From the NCBI GenBank assembly GCA_028534125.1, contig CM052816.1:11162001-11226000 (forward strand): 64,000 nucleotides of DNA, in the 5' to 3' direction. This document shows, in pieces, positions 62,101-64,000 of the stretch. The stretch comes from Lama glama (lineage: Eukaryota). Numbering within the stretch: the first letter of the stretch is position 1; each line of letters starts with the position of its first letter. The notes under the pieces were generated by a model that saw nothing but the letters and a program-made list of their open reading frames with translations, did not search any database and had not been told where the DNA came from. A program made the position numbers and the translations under genes.

Positions 62101-64000
62101 ATCACTTTGGCAACAACATCAATATAGCATAAACAAAGATGATTTGTAACACATGCAGTAGCAGTATATAGCTTGTTTTTTTTTGATGTTGGTTGGCCCC
62201 TCAGGTAGATATTTGAGACTAAAAATGATACAATATGGGCAGGTCTGCCTTGCAAGATAATGTTGGTCCACTTGTTTAAAGCAACCCCGACTCTCTCATC
62301 TAAAATGATCCCACATGCTGAGATACATGCTCATGCCTGAAGTCCACTGGAACATAATTAGATGCAGACTAGATAGTATACTGGGGCTTGTGATTCAAAA
62401 TTAATCCTTGGCTTTAGAATAATTTGCATTAAAATCAGTAAAAACATCACATAAAACCAGTTTAATGAGAGCTCCATTTTCGTAAAATGTTTGACTTATT
62501 ACTGTTAAATGTAACTACGTTCAGAATTATGCTTGCCCCCTCAAAAGCCCCAGACTAATGTTTATTAGAAATCTATGTCAGATAAATCATCACCTATTCA
62601 AAACACCAAACAATGGACTCAGCTTATTTGCCATTTACTCAATTCATAAAAAATGGATAAAACTTCTGTTTATTTGAAAAGTACGAAAATCAAATTTACT
62701 CCCATTCTTTAGTATTTTCCTGTATAAGCTGAGATTTGAAGAATGAGTCTTCTTAGACAACACATAATCATCTGAAGGGGAATTGTGTAAGAAAAGCAGC
62801 TTTTAAAACAAGAATATAGGAACCCAAGTGACATACTTCCTTTTTCCATCACCACCCAGTCCCTGGTGTGTAAGATCACTTCCATCTCTTGTTACCCCTC
62901 ACAAATACCGATCACTATCAACTGCCTAAAGGTCATCTCTTCAAGGTGTTCTTTCCCCGCTCTATTGTGCTTAATGAAAATGCCCTTCCTATTGTTGGCT
63001 GGCATCTTGAATATCTTCAAAATAATAGTAAAATAACTTCTTTTTATAAAATTGTGCTTTTTTCCTGGGATACCAAGACCCATCCTTAAACCAAGAAATA
63101 TGGCTATCAAAGGTTACTCACAAGTAACACTTTAATACCCCTCTCTTTCATTTTCAAGAGCACCCTGGCAAAGGAGTTATTCTCTACTGAATATTTAATA
63201 GCCAGTGAACTTCGGTACCCAAATTCATAATGGGTGGCATTCTCTCATGTATGTGAACCCAACATAAAACACACATTCTTAACCATTACTCATTCATTCT
63301 CACAAGCAAGCATACATACACAGTTTCTTTCTTTCCAGAACAAGCCAGAATTACAGCTCTTTTGGTGATTGTTATCATTTTTGGAATGGTTCATAAATTT
63401 TCCAAATTCTTTTAAATTTGTTAATACTTTTTATCTTTTTTTCTTTTTCCAATTGTGAACCATTCCATATTGCATCTTTATTGCAAAAGTCAACATGCTT
63501 CTTAGAAATTCAGATTGTAATCGATAAAACAAACATTACATATATGAATTTAAATGTATAAACAGTTAGAAATTCAACAATATCTCCTATTATACTATTA
63601 CACAAGTTCACAATTTTGTAAAAACTATAATACAGGCATACTATACATCAAGAGGAACCACTATTCCTTTTCACATGATTTTTTTCTTCTTTTTGAAATA
63701 ATGATCCATCACCATGGACCTTTTTTTTAACCCTAACAAGATGGTTTTCCAACTTACCCATCTTTGCTAGTGACAATGTTTTCCCAATGTTACGACATGA
63801 AGAAATTGAGGGAAATTCTGCATTCCCTGGGATTACCTTTTGAAGCTTGGGCAGAATCCACTACTAAACCATGCTGACCAAGCCAGACTGGTGTTACTGC
63901 TCAACGGTTACTTAGAAAGATGCCATACCCATTAAAACAAACAGAATTTGTCTCAGATAAAGATGCCAAAAAACAAGTCATGGGAGCTATGCACTTTTAA
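59140..64000 (-). other. Probable 3' UTR / 3' end of the upstream neighbouring gene (RBM27 by synteny)
   Basis: Long AT-rich, largely non-repetitive tract with minus-strand AATAAA at 63477, 62561, 60046 and 59161; the last is followed by GU/U-rich sequence. RBM27 lies co-oriented upstream of POU4F3 in mammals. No coding exon is visible in the window. Confidence 0.5.
59750..59950 (+). mobile_element. MIR SINE
   Basis: gcggttaagagtataagccctggtgtcagac...ggctgtgtgacctccaggaaatcacttaatctc. Confidence 0.7.

Overview
Mammalian genomic DNA, most likely camelid, because three tRNA-derived SINEs resemble the camelid Vic-1 family. The only intact protein-coding gene is POU4F3 (Brn-3c) on the minus strand: two coding exons (22515-22634 and 21299-22195), 338 aa, inside a CpG island with a TATA box and two uORFs. 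It is flanked by further CpG-rich islands and several non-repetitive AT-rich blocks carrying bHLH, POU4F, SOX, RFX and PBX-HOX-type motifs, which are candidate enhancers. The AT-rich last ~5-6 kb is probably the minus-strand 3' UTR of the upstream neighbour RBM27; this rests on synteny only. The remainder is interspersed repeats (L1, HAL1, L2, MIR, MLT LTRs, hAT elements), microsatellites and one 500-N gap that looks like an assembly artefact. I found no wholly new biological system. The best leads are a 350-bp L1 whose 5' end is joined directly to its 3' end between target-site duplications, a SINE that appears to carry a 3'-transduced flank, a uORF whose stop codon overlaps the POU4F3 start codons, and possible decayed exons at 0.8-2.4 kb. 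Repeat family names and motif consensi come from recall, not from searches, and repeat boundaries are approximate.
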